64,000 nt of DNA, taken from positions 58,218,001-58,282,000 of the forward strand of contig NC_043012.1 of NCBI RefSeq assembly GCF_006345805.1, in the 5' to 3' direction. The position numbers were made by a program, and so were the translations under genes. Below the pieces are notes generated by a model that saw only the letters and a program-made list of their open reading frames with translations, made no database searches and was not told the origin of the DNA. Source of the DNA: Octopus sinensis. Lineage: Eukaryota. Positions 24,799 to 38,158 of the stretch are shown piece by piece. Every line of letters starts with the position of its first letter. The first letter of the stretch is position 1.

Positions 24799-25929
24799 CA
24801 CACGGGTATATGAGTTAATGGCCAGTTTTGCTCATGCAAGTGTGTATGTATGTGTGTGCATGTATATGTGTGCGCGTCTATGTGACATGCCTTCACATAG
24901 ACTTCCACATCCGTATAGAAACGCCGCGTACACATCTACCGTTGGCAACATGAAGAGTGACAAACTGCGCGTTTATAAGTGGATGGAATAGATACCGCTT
25001 AAGTGGATCAATAAACCACGAAGCTTGCTATAAATCAGTATCGTGTACAATTCCAACAAAATTCTTCTGTATTCTTAGATATAAGACATAAAAAGATAAT
25101 AAATGAAGGCGTTTAGATCTAATAAAAATAGTACAGCGAAAATTGCACTCACTTTTCTAATGAGCGAATGAATTTTGAGATTGTGTTCTATCTGAGTTAA
25201 ATAGCGAACATATACGGTGGTTATCCATGCTGCACACATATCTAGATATATTATATAAGAGATCATAAAAGAGACCTTATTCAATTGAGTTTAAATATAA
25301 ACCGTTTGATTTGATTAACTGGAGCATATTTGGAATGTTCCACTTTAAAAATACGTTTATTGATTTTGTTGTTGTCATCATCGATGTTGTTACTACAATT
25401 CTTACTGCTGTAGTATATTTAACTGTTGTTGTTGCTGCTGCTGTAATTGTTGTTGTTGTTGCTGTTGTTATTTCTAATCTACTTTGATATTGAAGAACCA
25501 TTAACAATAGTTCGTTCAACAATTGGCTACTACCGCGTCTCGTTTCTCTGTCGGCCAGTAATCGATGCCAAATTGTAATGCCCTTGAGGGTTAAAACGAA
25601 AAGCGAGTTTTAGAAATGAATTAATAAAAGTTTGCCTTTAAATAGCAAGTTTATTATTAGAGATATATTTGTAACATTTTTAATCAAACAACAAATTTAT
25701 TTGGGAAGCGGGAGGTAGGAAATGGAAAATATATATCTTCCCTGTTTAGTTACTCTCGAATGCTATGCAAGGTTATCAGCTTGGAAAATTGACTTCCACG
25801 TACACCTAGGCAGCATACACTACACTTCATAAGCATGTTTCATGCAAGGACCTCTCCGCAACCGTTCTGTGTACTAGAAATAGCAGTAATGTGGCATTCA
25901 AATCACATCTTGCCGTTTAAAAAAAAAAC

Positions 25930-27010
25930 ATTATTTGGAAGTAATGCCGGATGAACAGTGCCTGAAAAAATAAAATCGAAATAATAAAAATAATTTTTTT
26001 TTTTTACTGGAATGCTTTTAAGCGTAAGCTCGCGTGATCAGCTCTGGCCTGGGGCTAAATAGCAGCAATATCTATAGCGAAAATAGTAACTATAGCAACA
26101 AAAATAATATTACGTTTTAAAAGGGGGATTAACAGGAATCGGGCTTGGATGATCTGTGTTTGGAAAAACTAAAAACTAAAAACAAACAAGTAACAACGTG
26201 ATGGTTTCAACTGGAATGCTTTTAAGTGAAAGCTTACTCATCAGCGCTGGCCTGGGGCTCGACAACAACAACAACAACAACAACGGCAACAACAACGGCA
26301 ACAACAACGGCAACAACAACAACTGCAAAGCAGCAACAACAATAGTGTCGACAAAAGTAAGGCGTTTTAAAAAGGGATTTATTGGAATTGGTCCTGGATG
26401 GACCGTACTTGTAAAAAAATGCCGGGATTGTTGAGACAGAAATTTTTTCTATGTGTAAGCCTACTCGATAAACATTGGCCTGGGGCTAAACAATACTAAC
26501 AGCCACAGCAGCAGTAACAGACCTTGATGGATTCCGCCAGAAAAAAAATGATAAAACAAGAAAAAAGAACAACAATGACTTAATGATTTCGACTAGGTTT
26601 TTTTTTGGCTTGATTAGTGCCCTCCTGGGGCTAAACAACAAGAACTGCAGTATCGAAGACGGTACTGAGTTTTAAAAAAGAGATTATTTGGAAGTGGCCC
26701 TCGATGGACTCTGACTGAAATAAAGAAAAAGAAAACTATGATGTCCGGTTTTAACTAGAAGGCTTTCTCGAGCAATGCTGTTCTGGGGCTAAACAGCAAC
26801 AACAGCATCATCAACAACAACAACAACAACAGCAACATCAACAACAACAACAACAACAACAACAGCTCTGACAGAGGGACTAAGTTTCAAGAGGAGATTA
26901 TGTAGAAGTGGTCTTGGATGAACTCTGTAAGGAAAAGGGAAAAAAGGAACAAAGATGAAATAGTCTTGAGCTAGAATGCTTACCCGATCATCGCTGACCT
27001 GAGATCAAAC
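25930..27010 (+). repeat. Head-to-tail array of ~6 diverged copies of a retroposon-like module, most ending in GGCCTGGGGCTAAA plus a (CAA/CAG)n tail
   Basis: Anchor at ~26046, 26249, 26477, 26624, 26783, 26996; shared ACTGGAATGCTT and GTTTTAAAAA..GATT..TGGAA..GG..TGGATG blocks. Confidence 0.75.
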
Positions 27011-27047
27011 ACAACGGGCATGTTTTGTATTTATTTGTGCAAGGTGA

Positions 27048-27080
<33 letters not shown>

Positions 27081-27105
27081 TAGATAGATAGATAGATAGA
27101 TATAT

Positions 27106-27143
<38 letters not shown>

Positions 27144-27454
27144 GGATGGATGGATGAATGGATGGATGGCCCCTTACTGGAAAGGAATTAGGAGCCATAA
27201 ATTAAAAATGAATGGTAATTAAATAATAGCATTATCAGCGCAGACATGGCTTGTAAGTTCAAGAAGCTGGCTTTGTAACGATTTTTGTGTTCGACCCCAC
27301 AACACTGCTCATTGTTTTAATATGTTCTATCATATTTCGATATAACGGAGCAAATTAACGCCTTCCTCATCAATAGGGTAGTCGAATATTGTAGGGAAAC
27401 CCACCATATATATATATATACACGAACATATACATATATACGTATATATATACG

Positions 27455-27486
<32 letters not shown>

Positions 27487-27503
27487 ATTTTTATATATAT
27501 ATG

Positions 27504-27541
<38 letters not shown>

Positions 27542-27610
27542 GTCAGAATTTCTAAACTCATAGTTATTTCGATCTTGAAAGGATGGACTTGGTGCAAACA
27601 TAACTGTATC

Positions 27611-27659
<49 letters not shown>

Positions 27660-27994
27660 ATTAATAGTAATTTTTATTGACTTTTATAGCTTTATAATTT
27701 TATGAACTGAACCATGGTTTTAATTATTATTTTTCATCTCCCTATGTGTTAGTTTTTTAAAACTATTAGCCAAATATGTATATTAACTGTACTTATTAAT
27801 ATTAATATATACACTGATATATATTTTGTTTTATTTTGTTTTGTTTACCTTGCATTATTGTACCAATGAGTATTATATTATATATGTGTAGCATTATGAA
27901 GTTTATGCATAAGTTTTTATATTTTACATTTTTATATTTTTATATTTTTATATTTATATGTATATGGAAAAATAATTTTTTCACAATTATAACA

Positions 27995-28124
27995 AATTAA
28001 ATTCTCTGAAGAGGCCGTGGGGCATCCTTGTTAATGCCTCATTTATACCTGCCTTTATGGCTTATAGGTTAAATGATGTATGACTGCCCTTACTGCCGAA
28101 ACAGCTGTCAGATATGATTTAATT
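27995..28124 (+). ncRNA. Type I hammerhead ribozyme candidate with intact catalytic core
   Basis: TCT-CTGAAGA-GGC..GCC-GAAAC-AGCT-GTC/AGA; stem I extends AATTAAAT(27995-28002):ATTTAATT(28117-28124) across a TATG bulge; palindromic stem III ACAGCTGT. Confidence 0.75.
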
Positions 28125-29270
28125 ACATATTATATTTTATATTTTATACTTATATTTCCTTGTCTATTTACATTTACTGTATATTTTGTATAATGCCTTT
28201 ACTGATATGTAATGGTGTAATAAAGTATTGATTGGGTATCATCTGATAGTTGATGTTTTATTGATTTAAGTATGTTTCTCCATTTTCTAATTTTGTAGTA
28301 TATATATACATATATATATATATATATACGCAGGGCTTGGCGCTTGTACCAGATGACCTAACATTTGAAAATTTATCTTTGTATGTGTACATCCCCATAA
28401 CTTAGAAGTTCGTCAAAAGACACCGAGAGAATAAGTAGCAGGTTTAAAAAGGAAAACAATAAATACTGGGGCCTATTTGCTCGACTTAAAACTTCAAACT
28501 CTTACCCCAGCATGGCCACAGTCCATTAACTAAAACGAATAGGTGAAATATACAGATTATCCCCCGTTAACCCTATTAGACGGCAACATAACAATCCTAG
28601 CGTATTTAAGTCTTTGATCGTTTTTAATCTCATGTTAGTTGCTGCATAAGAGCAAGTTGATTAACAACTGTATGATGGGCACAGCTAGTAAGGACAAGAA
28701 CCTTCGTCACGTTGACTAATTTTACCTTCCTTTGTGAACAATTATACGAGATTCATAAATTCAAAGTTAATGGAAACTTTCACTAACGTCCCTCACCAAC
28801 GTGCTCTTTGTTCTCGAAAAATTTATGGAAAATAGTGTTACTACCATTGACATGTCTGGTATGCAAATTTTGCAAAACTGCCAACCGCTCGTAACATAAT
28901 TGATTCTCTGTTAAAATGTATTTTACTTTGTCAATTAATAACATTTAAATGTCTGAAATATTTCGATTTAATTTGATTTAGTTAACAATGTTATTTCTAA
29001 GTGTCTCAAATATTATAATTTTATGAACATCTCTTGTGCCGAGAATAGATCTACAACGTGTATATCTAAAGTATGTGGCCATCACCCGCAGCAATGTCAA
29101 CGTTCGCTTCCATTCCGTTGATGTGACATATTATTTTACACAGACATTCCAGCCGTATGCATCATGCATAAAACTGTTACCCCCAAAGTTGTTTGGATTT
29201 GAATTAAAGTCATTATTTCTAAGCTTCGTAGCTCCTAGTAGATCACGACAAACCAATATGGATACCAGGG

Positions 29271-29404
29271 ACAGAGACTATGAAACCATTTCTCAATGCC
29301 GCTATAAAGGATTCTAATTGCCTTTAAAAGGATTCTAACAGAGACTATGAAACCATTTCTCAATGCCGCTATAAAGGATTCTAATTGCCTTTAAAAGGAT
29401 TCTA
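29271..29404. repeat. 67-bp perfect tandem duplication
   Basis: ACAGAGACTATGAAACC..GGATTCTA at 29271 and 29338. Confidence 0.95.
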
Positions 29405-29419
29405 AACAGAAAAAAAGGA

Positions 29420-29675
29420 TCAGAGTTTCTTTCCGTGTAGGTTGTAAGGCCAATTGTAAGGCCAATTTCCTGGATCTATTTGCATATACACTGGCCCTAC
29501 TGTGGAGGAACACTGGTCAGTCTCAGGATTAATCCATTTCGCCACCTGAACGAACTGGGGTACCGTAAAATGAAATACTTTGCACAAGAGCAGAAGGCAT
29601 TTCCCAGTTCTGGAATCCAAACCACAATCTTATGACGATGACTGCAACACAGAAACCACTAAGCAACGCGCCTAA
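29420..29675 (-). mobile_element. Degenerate tRNA-derived SINE (type 2-like head)
   Basis: Minus strand GGCGCGTTGCTTAGTGGTT..GGTTTGGATTCC, then CTTGTGCAAAGTATTTCATTTTAC. Confidence 0.6.
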
Positions 29676-30236
29676 TCAAAAGGATCCACTTATTACATAC
29701 ATAGTTGGCCAAATATCACCCGACAGGAAATTAAAATTTCATAAATACTTAATATTCAATTTTATTAATTCATTCAAATTATGAATGCTTAATAATTGAA
29801 TGCTGTGAGTTAAAATCACCGTTTTTTTCCCCCAACATTTGTCTATTACCGAAGTCGCATATGAAAAAATCTTTTGTTTTAATCTTGCAATTAAGTGATT
29901 TTGACTTACTATCAGGTGACTTTTGTCAAACCCTGTGCACCTAAAAACATTATTATCCCACCACATGTGAAACACAACTTCAACCCTAATAGTTGCTCCA
30001 GATACTAGTCTATCGCATCACAGTTTATTAACACGAGTGGTACCACACCTGCAATATATACTGCTTTACATATGGTAACCTTCATTTTAACAGACACAAC
30101 TTAATTTGAAATTTACAGAAAGGCAACAGGAACAGCACAGCTACTAGACATACAGGTAGTCTCATTGAATGATCCGACCACAAAAAGTTAATCCCTCATT
30201 ATGTCTGCTTGTTCGGTCTCTCTCTCTTTCTTTTTC

Positions 30237-30637
30237 TCTTTTACTTGTTTCAGTCATTTGACTGCGGCCATGCTGGAGCACCGCCTTTTTTTTTTAGTCG
30301 AGAAAATCGACCCCGGGACTTATTCTTTGTAAGCCCAGTACTTATTCTATCGGTCTCTTTTGCCGAACCGCTAAGTGACGGGGACGTAAACACACCAGCA
30401 TCGGTTGTCAAGCAATGCTAGGGGGACAAACACAGACACACAAACACACACATACATATATATATACATATATACGACAGGCTTCTTTCAGTTTCCGTCT
30501 ACCAAATCCACTCACAAGGCATTGGTCGGCCCGGGGCTATAGCAGAAGACACTTGCCCAAGATGCCACGCAGTAGGACTGAACCCGGAACCATGTGGTTG
30601 GTTAGCAAGCTACTTACCACACAGCCACTCCTGCGCC
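30237..30637 (-). mobile_element. tRNA-derived SINE type 1, full length
   Basis: Head GGCGCAGGAGTGGCTGTGTGGTAAG; high similarity to other copies. Confidence 0.93.
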
Positions 30638-31751
30638 TATTCACTTTAATTTTAAAACGTTACTAGACACGCTTGTCAGTGCCGCATGAAGCTGCCTGGT
30701 GTGGTAACAACTTCAAAGAAATAACAAAATAATAACGAATAATTTCCTCATGTAATGGCCGTGATTACAATCAAGAAAACCGTCTCTTCACAACTTAAGG
30801 TAGTATTAGAATTTGAACTAGAAATTAGAGAAATAGTTAAAAGAAAAAAATCACATACATAATTTGTTTGGTTTTCTTGTTCCGAAGTTCTTACGTTTTT
30901 TATTTGGTGGTACAGAACTATTTCGTTCTTTTTAGAGATCATCAGTATGACACAACTTGTGACATATAAATTAAACATTATATTGCGAAGTGAAACATTT
31001 TATTGAATATGAAATTAATTACTTCTGGAGGAAATTCATCGAATGTGGTATCTTCTCATCATAGAATGTTAGTTGTTTCGAAGGTCAGTGATAAAGTGTA
31101 CAAGGAGAAACTGAAAGAAAAGGGGAAATGGTGTATTCAACAAGAGTTAAATATGAAAAGATCTCCACTGGCCGATGTACAAAAATGAAGAAACTAGAGA
31201 GCAGAACTAGGTAAAATATACAAAACATGACTATAGCAGCAGCAGCAAAAAGAACAACAAAACGAATTTATTAAAAGTACAAAATAAAACCGGAGTTGAT
31301 AGTTCTATAAGTTAATTCGGAAGAAAGGTGGGATCAGAAATGGAAAAAAAACACAGGATGACGAAAAAGGGCATAAAACCCTCTTATCAGCACACAGCTA
31401 AACATAATGTAGATTTGAACATTCTTCTGCGGTGTTCATTGTAAGTTCAGAAGCGTTTATAGGATATGGCTGGAAGGAATCAGTGACCAACGGTAGCAAA
31501 CAAAATGATACAAATTAAAACAATGGAAATGTTAGCATTCCAGTATGTAAATACATTAATATATACGAACGTATTTGTGTGTGTCTGTGTGTGTGTGTGT
31601 ATGTATGTGCATGAGGGCTTCTAAGGGTGTGAATATGTGCGTGTGGTGTTTTGGTAGGTTAACGTGTTGGGGAATAAGGATGTGGGTAAACAAGCATATT
31701 TACATATGTGTGAATATATGTATACTTTTATGTATGCATGTATATGTATAC

Positions 31752-31801
<50 letters not shown>

Positions 31802-32366
31802 CTGTCTGTGTGTCTGTGTATGTATATCTGCGTGTAAAAATGAATATGTATGTGTATATGTATCCATGCATATGTATCTATTCAAGGATTTTGAGATATA
31901 TTTCAAAATGACATTTAAAAACGTAAAATATAAAAATAAAATTATGAAAAATTAATACAAGATATTTTATAATTAAGAAATGAATTAATAACTTGTATCA
32001 AAATATTTAAAATTTAAATTAAATGTATACTGCATTTTGAGAAATAAGGAGATATGATAGGTGTTGTGGGGCGGGCTGGCGTTGTTAAGGAACAACGAAA
32101 TTAAAACTGGCAACAAGATGATTATATCGTTCTAGAAGCGAATGTAAAATATTCTATAAAATGTACTGTCTTTTTTTCTTCCATAAACGATCAATATAAA
32201 TTTAGAAATTTAGAAGTCAAAGAATTTTAACAGGTTTGTACTTTAAGCTCAAATATGTCGACACACGTGTGGACATTTGGACATTAACTCTGTCTCCTCT
32301 CATTCAGTATTTCTCTTGTCATCTGTTGGTAGGTTGGTAGGAGAGGAGCTAGTGTATTTCTCTCCC

Positions 32367-32406
<40 letters not shown>

Positions 32407-32808
32407 CCTCTCTTTCTCTCCCAGTTAAAGTACTGGGGGTTAATAAATTTCCTTTACACATTCCACAATTTCTTGAGATCAATCAATCAACGTCTTTGTA
32501 TGATAGATAAATATTGATATTATCATTTTAATTTGATTGCTTATGTCTTCCAATAAACTCTGCAAAGTTATACTCGTTCTACATTATTTTCTGAATTTTT
32601 TCTGCCGACCATTCAAGGATATAATCAAGGACGATCAACTCGATCATAGACCAACATCCAGCTATAAAGTGTCAACAAAGTTGATTGAAAAATAAATTGA
32701 GGCGGTGCTCCAGCATGGTCGTAGTCGTATGATAGGAACCACTAAAAGACTGAAAGAATGGACGTATGTACTTCATATGTGTGAGAATATTATATATATA
32801 TATTTATA

Positions 32809-33235
<427 letters not shown>

Positions 33236-33267
33236 TTATTGGACGCTCAGGAAAGAAGGAAAGGAGA

Positions 33268-33302
33268 GTTTAACGTTTCGAGCGGAGCTCTTCGTCGGAA
33301 AC
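33268..33302 (-). ncRNA. Minimal type I hammerhead-like motif (core CCGACGA)
   Basis: GTTT-CCGACGA-A-GAGC-TCC-GCTC-GAAAC-GTT/AAAC; stems I and II pair, stem III is the ACGT palindrome. Confidence 0.55.
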
Positions 33303-33370
33303 ATAGGAGAAGGAAAGATCCAGAGAAGGAAAGACAGAGGAAAAAAAAATCGCCAACGGTACACACGAGG

Positions 33371-33419
<49 letters not shown>

Positions 33420-34049
33420 TGTTACAAAAAGAAAATAGAAGCTACACGTGGAATGTAAGGGGAAAGTAAGAAAAATCAACGAAAATGCACATTGTGAATA
33501 AAAAAAGAAAAAGCTTTATATGAAAGGTAACGACAGATATATACATTTAGATGAACTGAGGTAGCAATAAAAGTCATTATTATGAGATAATTAAAGAGAT
33601 TCAGCATACCACGGTTTCGTCATAATCTATTCATTGCTTTGAATGAACACCGGCTAATTAACGGTGTCAGGTTTAATAGTTCCTGAGTAAAAAGATTATT
33701 TGTAAGGGAGGTAAGTAGTTATGGATTTTGTGCAGTTAGGTTAGATATAGAATTGTAATGTGTATATTTACATATATATAATTACATACACACACAAATG
33801 TAAATATATAACCAATGGGAAGTGGAGAGTCTTGGGAAGCCGAGTTGTGTGCAATGGAAGAATACCTGGCCGATGGTGATTTTTATGTACCCATATTCGG
33901 AAGGTGGTGTGTTCTACTTTAAGTGATGAGTCCTACAATATTCATTCTATTGCTTCCGAAGACATTTCAGGAATTATATATATTTACGGATTATATATAT
34001 ATGAGAAAGATATATGCAGAAACGCTGCCAAAAAGGGCAGATTGAAGAT

Positions 34050-34620
34050 CGATATCAGCTAGTTATTGTCTTCACTGACGGTAGAAGGGCATATGATTGT
34101 GGTAACAGTGGCCGTTTTGAAAGTTGACATGATGTTGATGAAAACGATGGTGATTGTGGAAAATCTAGAGGAGGCGGCGGTTGTATGGGATGCGATAATA
34201 ATATCGGCTGGCGGTAGTGACGAAACTGACGTCGAAGACAACCAGGAGGAGGATGGTGAGGACGAAGATGATTAAGTTGATGCGGACGAAGATGAGAAAG
34301 AGAAGCACTAAAGCGATGGCGGTGATAGTGATGACGAAGACGATGATGTTGATCATGTCAATGCTGCTACTGATGATGATGATGAAGATGATGATGATGC
34401 GATTGCCGAAGGTAGCCGTGGCCCTCGTGGTTGGTGTTGGTGAAAAAGATGGCATAGGTTGATGTGGAAGATGATAATGAAGATGACGACGATGAAGATG
34501 ATGATTATGGTGATGATGATGATGATAGTGGTGACAAGGTTGATGATGATGATAATGACCATGATGATGATGGTGAGGGATATTAATAATGACAGTGGTG
34601 GTGGTGGTGTTGGCTGTGAT
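34050..34620. repeat. Degenerate (GAT/GGT)n low-complexity tract
   Basis: Directly visible. Confidence 0.85.
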
Positions 34621-35012
34621 GTGTCGAAATTGTGGCGAAGTGATATTTCCTAAAGCTCAAAATAGTTAACTGTGGAGTGGTGACGGCGATGTTGATGTTT
34701 CCTGAAGCTCAAATATGAAGTAAGTAAAATGTCACGTTTCCATGGAAACGAAAAAGGGAAAAACAACAACAAAAAAACAAACAAACAAAAACAAGAAAAC
34801 AGTAAAACAGAAAAACAACACATCTGACATGCACCTACTGAACATGCAAACACACCAATACGCGCGCACGCACCACACACACACACACACAAACATACAG
34901 GCATTCACACATCTATGCACTTACGCAGACATACCCCAAAACCGGTTCACAGCAGAAACGCACTCAAACCAGTACAGTGAAGTAAAGGCACACAAATACA
35001 TACTATATGAAT

Positions 35013-35392
35013 AAGCGTGGCTGTGCGGTAAGTAGCTTGCTTACCAACCACAAGATTCCTGGTTTGATCCTTCGGCGAGTGTCTTCTATTATAACCTCAG
35101 GCCAGCCAAAACATTGTGAGTGGAGTTGTTAGACGGAAACTGAAAGAAGCCCGATGTATATATAAAAAATTATATGTGTCGTTGTGTCTGTGTTTGTCTC
35201 CCAACACCGCTTGACGATCGGTGTAGGTGTGTTTACGTCCCCGAACCTTAGTGGCTCGACAAAAGAGAACAATAGAATATGTACTAGGCTTACAAGGAAT
35301 AAGTCCTGGGATCGATTTTTTCGACTAAAGCCCTTCAAGGCGGTGGTCCAGCATGGCCGCAGTCACATGCCTGAAACCAGTAATAGAGGAAA
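35013..35392 (+). mobile_element. tRNA-derived SINE type 1
   Basis: GCGTGGCTGTGCGGTAAG head through AGACGGAAACTGAAAGAAGCCCG to 3' end. Confidence 0.88.
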
Positions 35393-35866
35393 AGATTAAA
35401 TTTTGCACGGAAGTATACATGAATACATAGATATATCTGGGCACACATATATAGATACACATACATACATGTACATATAGCCATAGAACATACTGAAACC
35501 GAACCCGTATAAAAACATCTGTAAATAACAATAATAATAGTATTTTATAAGCTGAAAGCTAATGGCGGTCACCGCGCAATGACTAAAGAAAATAGTCTAA
35601 TAATGGGGCATAGAGGCCCGACAGAAAAAAATAAGTACGTTTTACCGTACTCTTGGGGAACGAACCCACGCCTGTTTGTCTATGCGACCGAGTGTGCCAG
35701 TGATCACATTAGCGAACTATGTACATACGTCTGTCAGATTTAAGAACTACCATGAGTTCAAAGTTGATTTTGTAAACAAACTTTCATATCCTTTTTTACT
35801 GCCAATGGTTTTGTTAAGCAGTGCCGTTTTTTTCTTACAGTTCTGTAAATAATAATAGTAATTTAT

Positions 35867-36045
35867 AAGCGAGCTGGCAGAAACGTTGACACGCCGGGCG
35901 AAATGCTTAGCGTTATTTCGTCTGTGTTTACGTTCTGAGTTCAAGTTCCGCCGAGGTCGACTTTGGCTTTCTTCGTTTCGGGATCGATAAATTGCGTACT
36001 GGGCTCAATCTAAAATTTCGGGTTTGTGCCTTAAGTGGAAAAGAG
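35867..36045 (+). mobile_element. SINE type 4 fragment
   Basis: GCGAGCTGGCAGAAACGTT..GAGTTCAAGTTCCGCCGAGGTCGACTTTG; related copies at 21490-21698 and ~59380-59500. Confidence 0.7.
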
Positions 36046-36190
36046 TATTTTATAAGCTTAAAGCATATAATGATCACCGCGTACGGAAAAAACCTACTTT
36101 TTTCTGTCGAAGGTTTATATGCCCCATTATTAGACTATTTTCTTTAGTCATTGCATGGTGACAGCTATAAGCTTTAAGCTTATAAAATAC
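36045..36190. mobile_element. MITE-like 146-bp element with perfect 20-bp terminal inverted repeats
   Basis: GTATTTTATAAGCTTAAAGC (36045-36064) and GCTTTAAGCTTATAAAATAC (36171-36190); related inverted copy at 35540-35648. Confidence 0.65.
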
Positions 36191-36304
36191 TATTTTTATT
36201 ATCTACAGAATTGTAAAAATCGACACTGCTTAAAAAGCACTCTACAGACACGCGTACCCTTAACGTGGTTCAGTATAACACAGTGTGATAAGGCTGGCCC
36301 CTTG

Positions 36305-36369
<65 letters not shown>

Positions 36370-36462
36370 GTTTCAAAGGGGAAAAGCCTTCTGATTCGAT
36401 TTGGTAGACGGAAACGGAAAGAAGCCCGTCGTATGTATGTATGTACGTATAAATGGCAGTAA

Positions 36463-38158
36463 GAATCTGGAACCACATCGGCTGAAAGAGTTTGGCCCGG
36501 CAGGGGCTCCAGAGCATCACAATCTGAACCCGGCCGTCATCATGCTACTGTGATAGAACCAAAGAAAATAATGAATATTGGCTGTTGGAATGTACGGACA
36601 CTGCTTGACCACAAGTCCTGTGAATGTCCTGAAAGAAGGACTGCGCTTGTTGCGAAGGAGCTTCAACGCTATGATCTTGACATCGTTACTTTATCTGAGA
36701 CGGGATTACCTGGAGATGGTCATCTTACAGTATCTTGTGGAAAATATACATTCTTTTGGAAAGGGAGAGATGAAGAGCTTACAGGAACAGCTGGAGTGGC
36801 ATTTGCTGTTAAGACTACTCTTGTGGACAAGTTGGAAGAATTCCCAATCGGAATTAACGAGCGTCTTATGTCCATGAGAATTCCTTTGGCTAAAGAAAAT
36901 TATATGACCTTGGTGAGTGTGTATGCTCCAGCTATGTGCAATACTTATGACGAAAAACTTTCTTTCTACCATGCTTTGAAGGGCATTATAAGAAATATCC
37001 CTCGGGCAGACAAAGTCATTGTACTGGGTGACTTTAATGCTAGAGTGGGTAGGGATTTTAACACATGGACTGTAATTGGAAAGCATGGGGTGGTGAAGTG
37101 TAATAGTAATGGCATGCTTTTGCTGCAGATGTGTGAGGAACTGAGTTTGTGTGTTACCAATACCATGTTTCAACAAAAGAATAAGCTTAAGACTACATGG
37201 ATGCACCCTGCATCTAAAGAATGGCATATTCTGGATTACGTGACAGACAGGATATTGCAGTGTGTTCGTGTTCTTCGTGGAGCTGAGTGTTGGACTGACC
37301 ACCGCCTAGTACGTGCAAGAGTGAAATTAGTCACAAAACATAAAATCCGAGCTGCAGGGATGACCCTGTCTAAAAGAGTGAATGTTGATCGTCGTAGGTA
37401 TAATAGTGTGAAGAGAACTTTACGAGACAAAATGAATGCTGCAGATATTGGGGAGGATTGGCCGACCCTTAAAAAGTCAGTTTATGATATAGGCAAAAAA
37501 GTTCTGGGATTGATACAAAGAGAGCATCAAGATTGGTTCAAAGAAAATGATGAACATATAGATGATTTATTGGCTGATAAAAGACGTACTTTGTCACGCT
37601 ATTTGTCAGCAAAGTCACAGGAAAGGGAAGTGTTGCATAGGGAACTCAAGGACGTAAAATCACGTGTGAGGCAAAAGCTCTCTCAGATGAGGGATTGTTG
37701 GTGGAGTAAGAAGGCTGACGAGATACAGGTGGCATCCGATTCCAATAACACAAAGCTGTTGTATGGTCTCTTGCGAGAAGTTTATGGACCGACATCTTCT
37801 CTGATGACACCAATTCGAAGCAGGGATGGTAAAGAACTTCTTCGTGATTCACAAGGAATTCTGCAAAGGTGGCAAGAACACTTTGATGAACTTTTGAATC
37901 AGGAGTCTGTAGTTAGTGAGGATGTTCTCAATCTCATCCCTGGATTGCCTGTGGAGGCAGCACTCGCGAACCACCAAAGTTGGAAGAAGTTGCAATGGCT
38001 GTTTCAAGGTTGAATAATGGGAAGTCTCCGGGTATGGATGGCATACATGCGGAGTTGTTACAGCATGGTGGTGAGAAAATTCTGCAGAAACTTCACTCTT
38101 TGTTTGGTAAGGTATGGACAAGTGAATCTGTACCTGAGGACTGGAGAGATGCAGCTAT
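36463..38158 (+). mobile_element. RTE-clade LINE (outer element), 5' part: APE endonuclease and linker, one frameshift near 37967
   Basis: NIGCWNVRTL, DIVTLSET, SVYAP, LGDFNARVG, ECWTDHRLV, GKSPGMDGIHAELL, VPEDWRDAAI. Confidence 0.95.

Noticed and set aside
36440-36550. HDV-like ribozyme in the RTE 5' UTR
   Set aside because: Expected for RTE elements, but no L3/P3/P1 pattern is visible; the UTR appears truncated.
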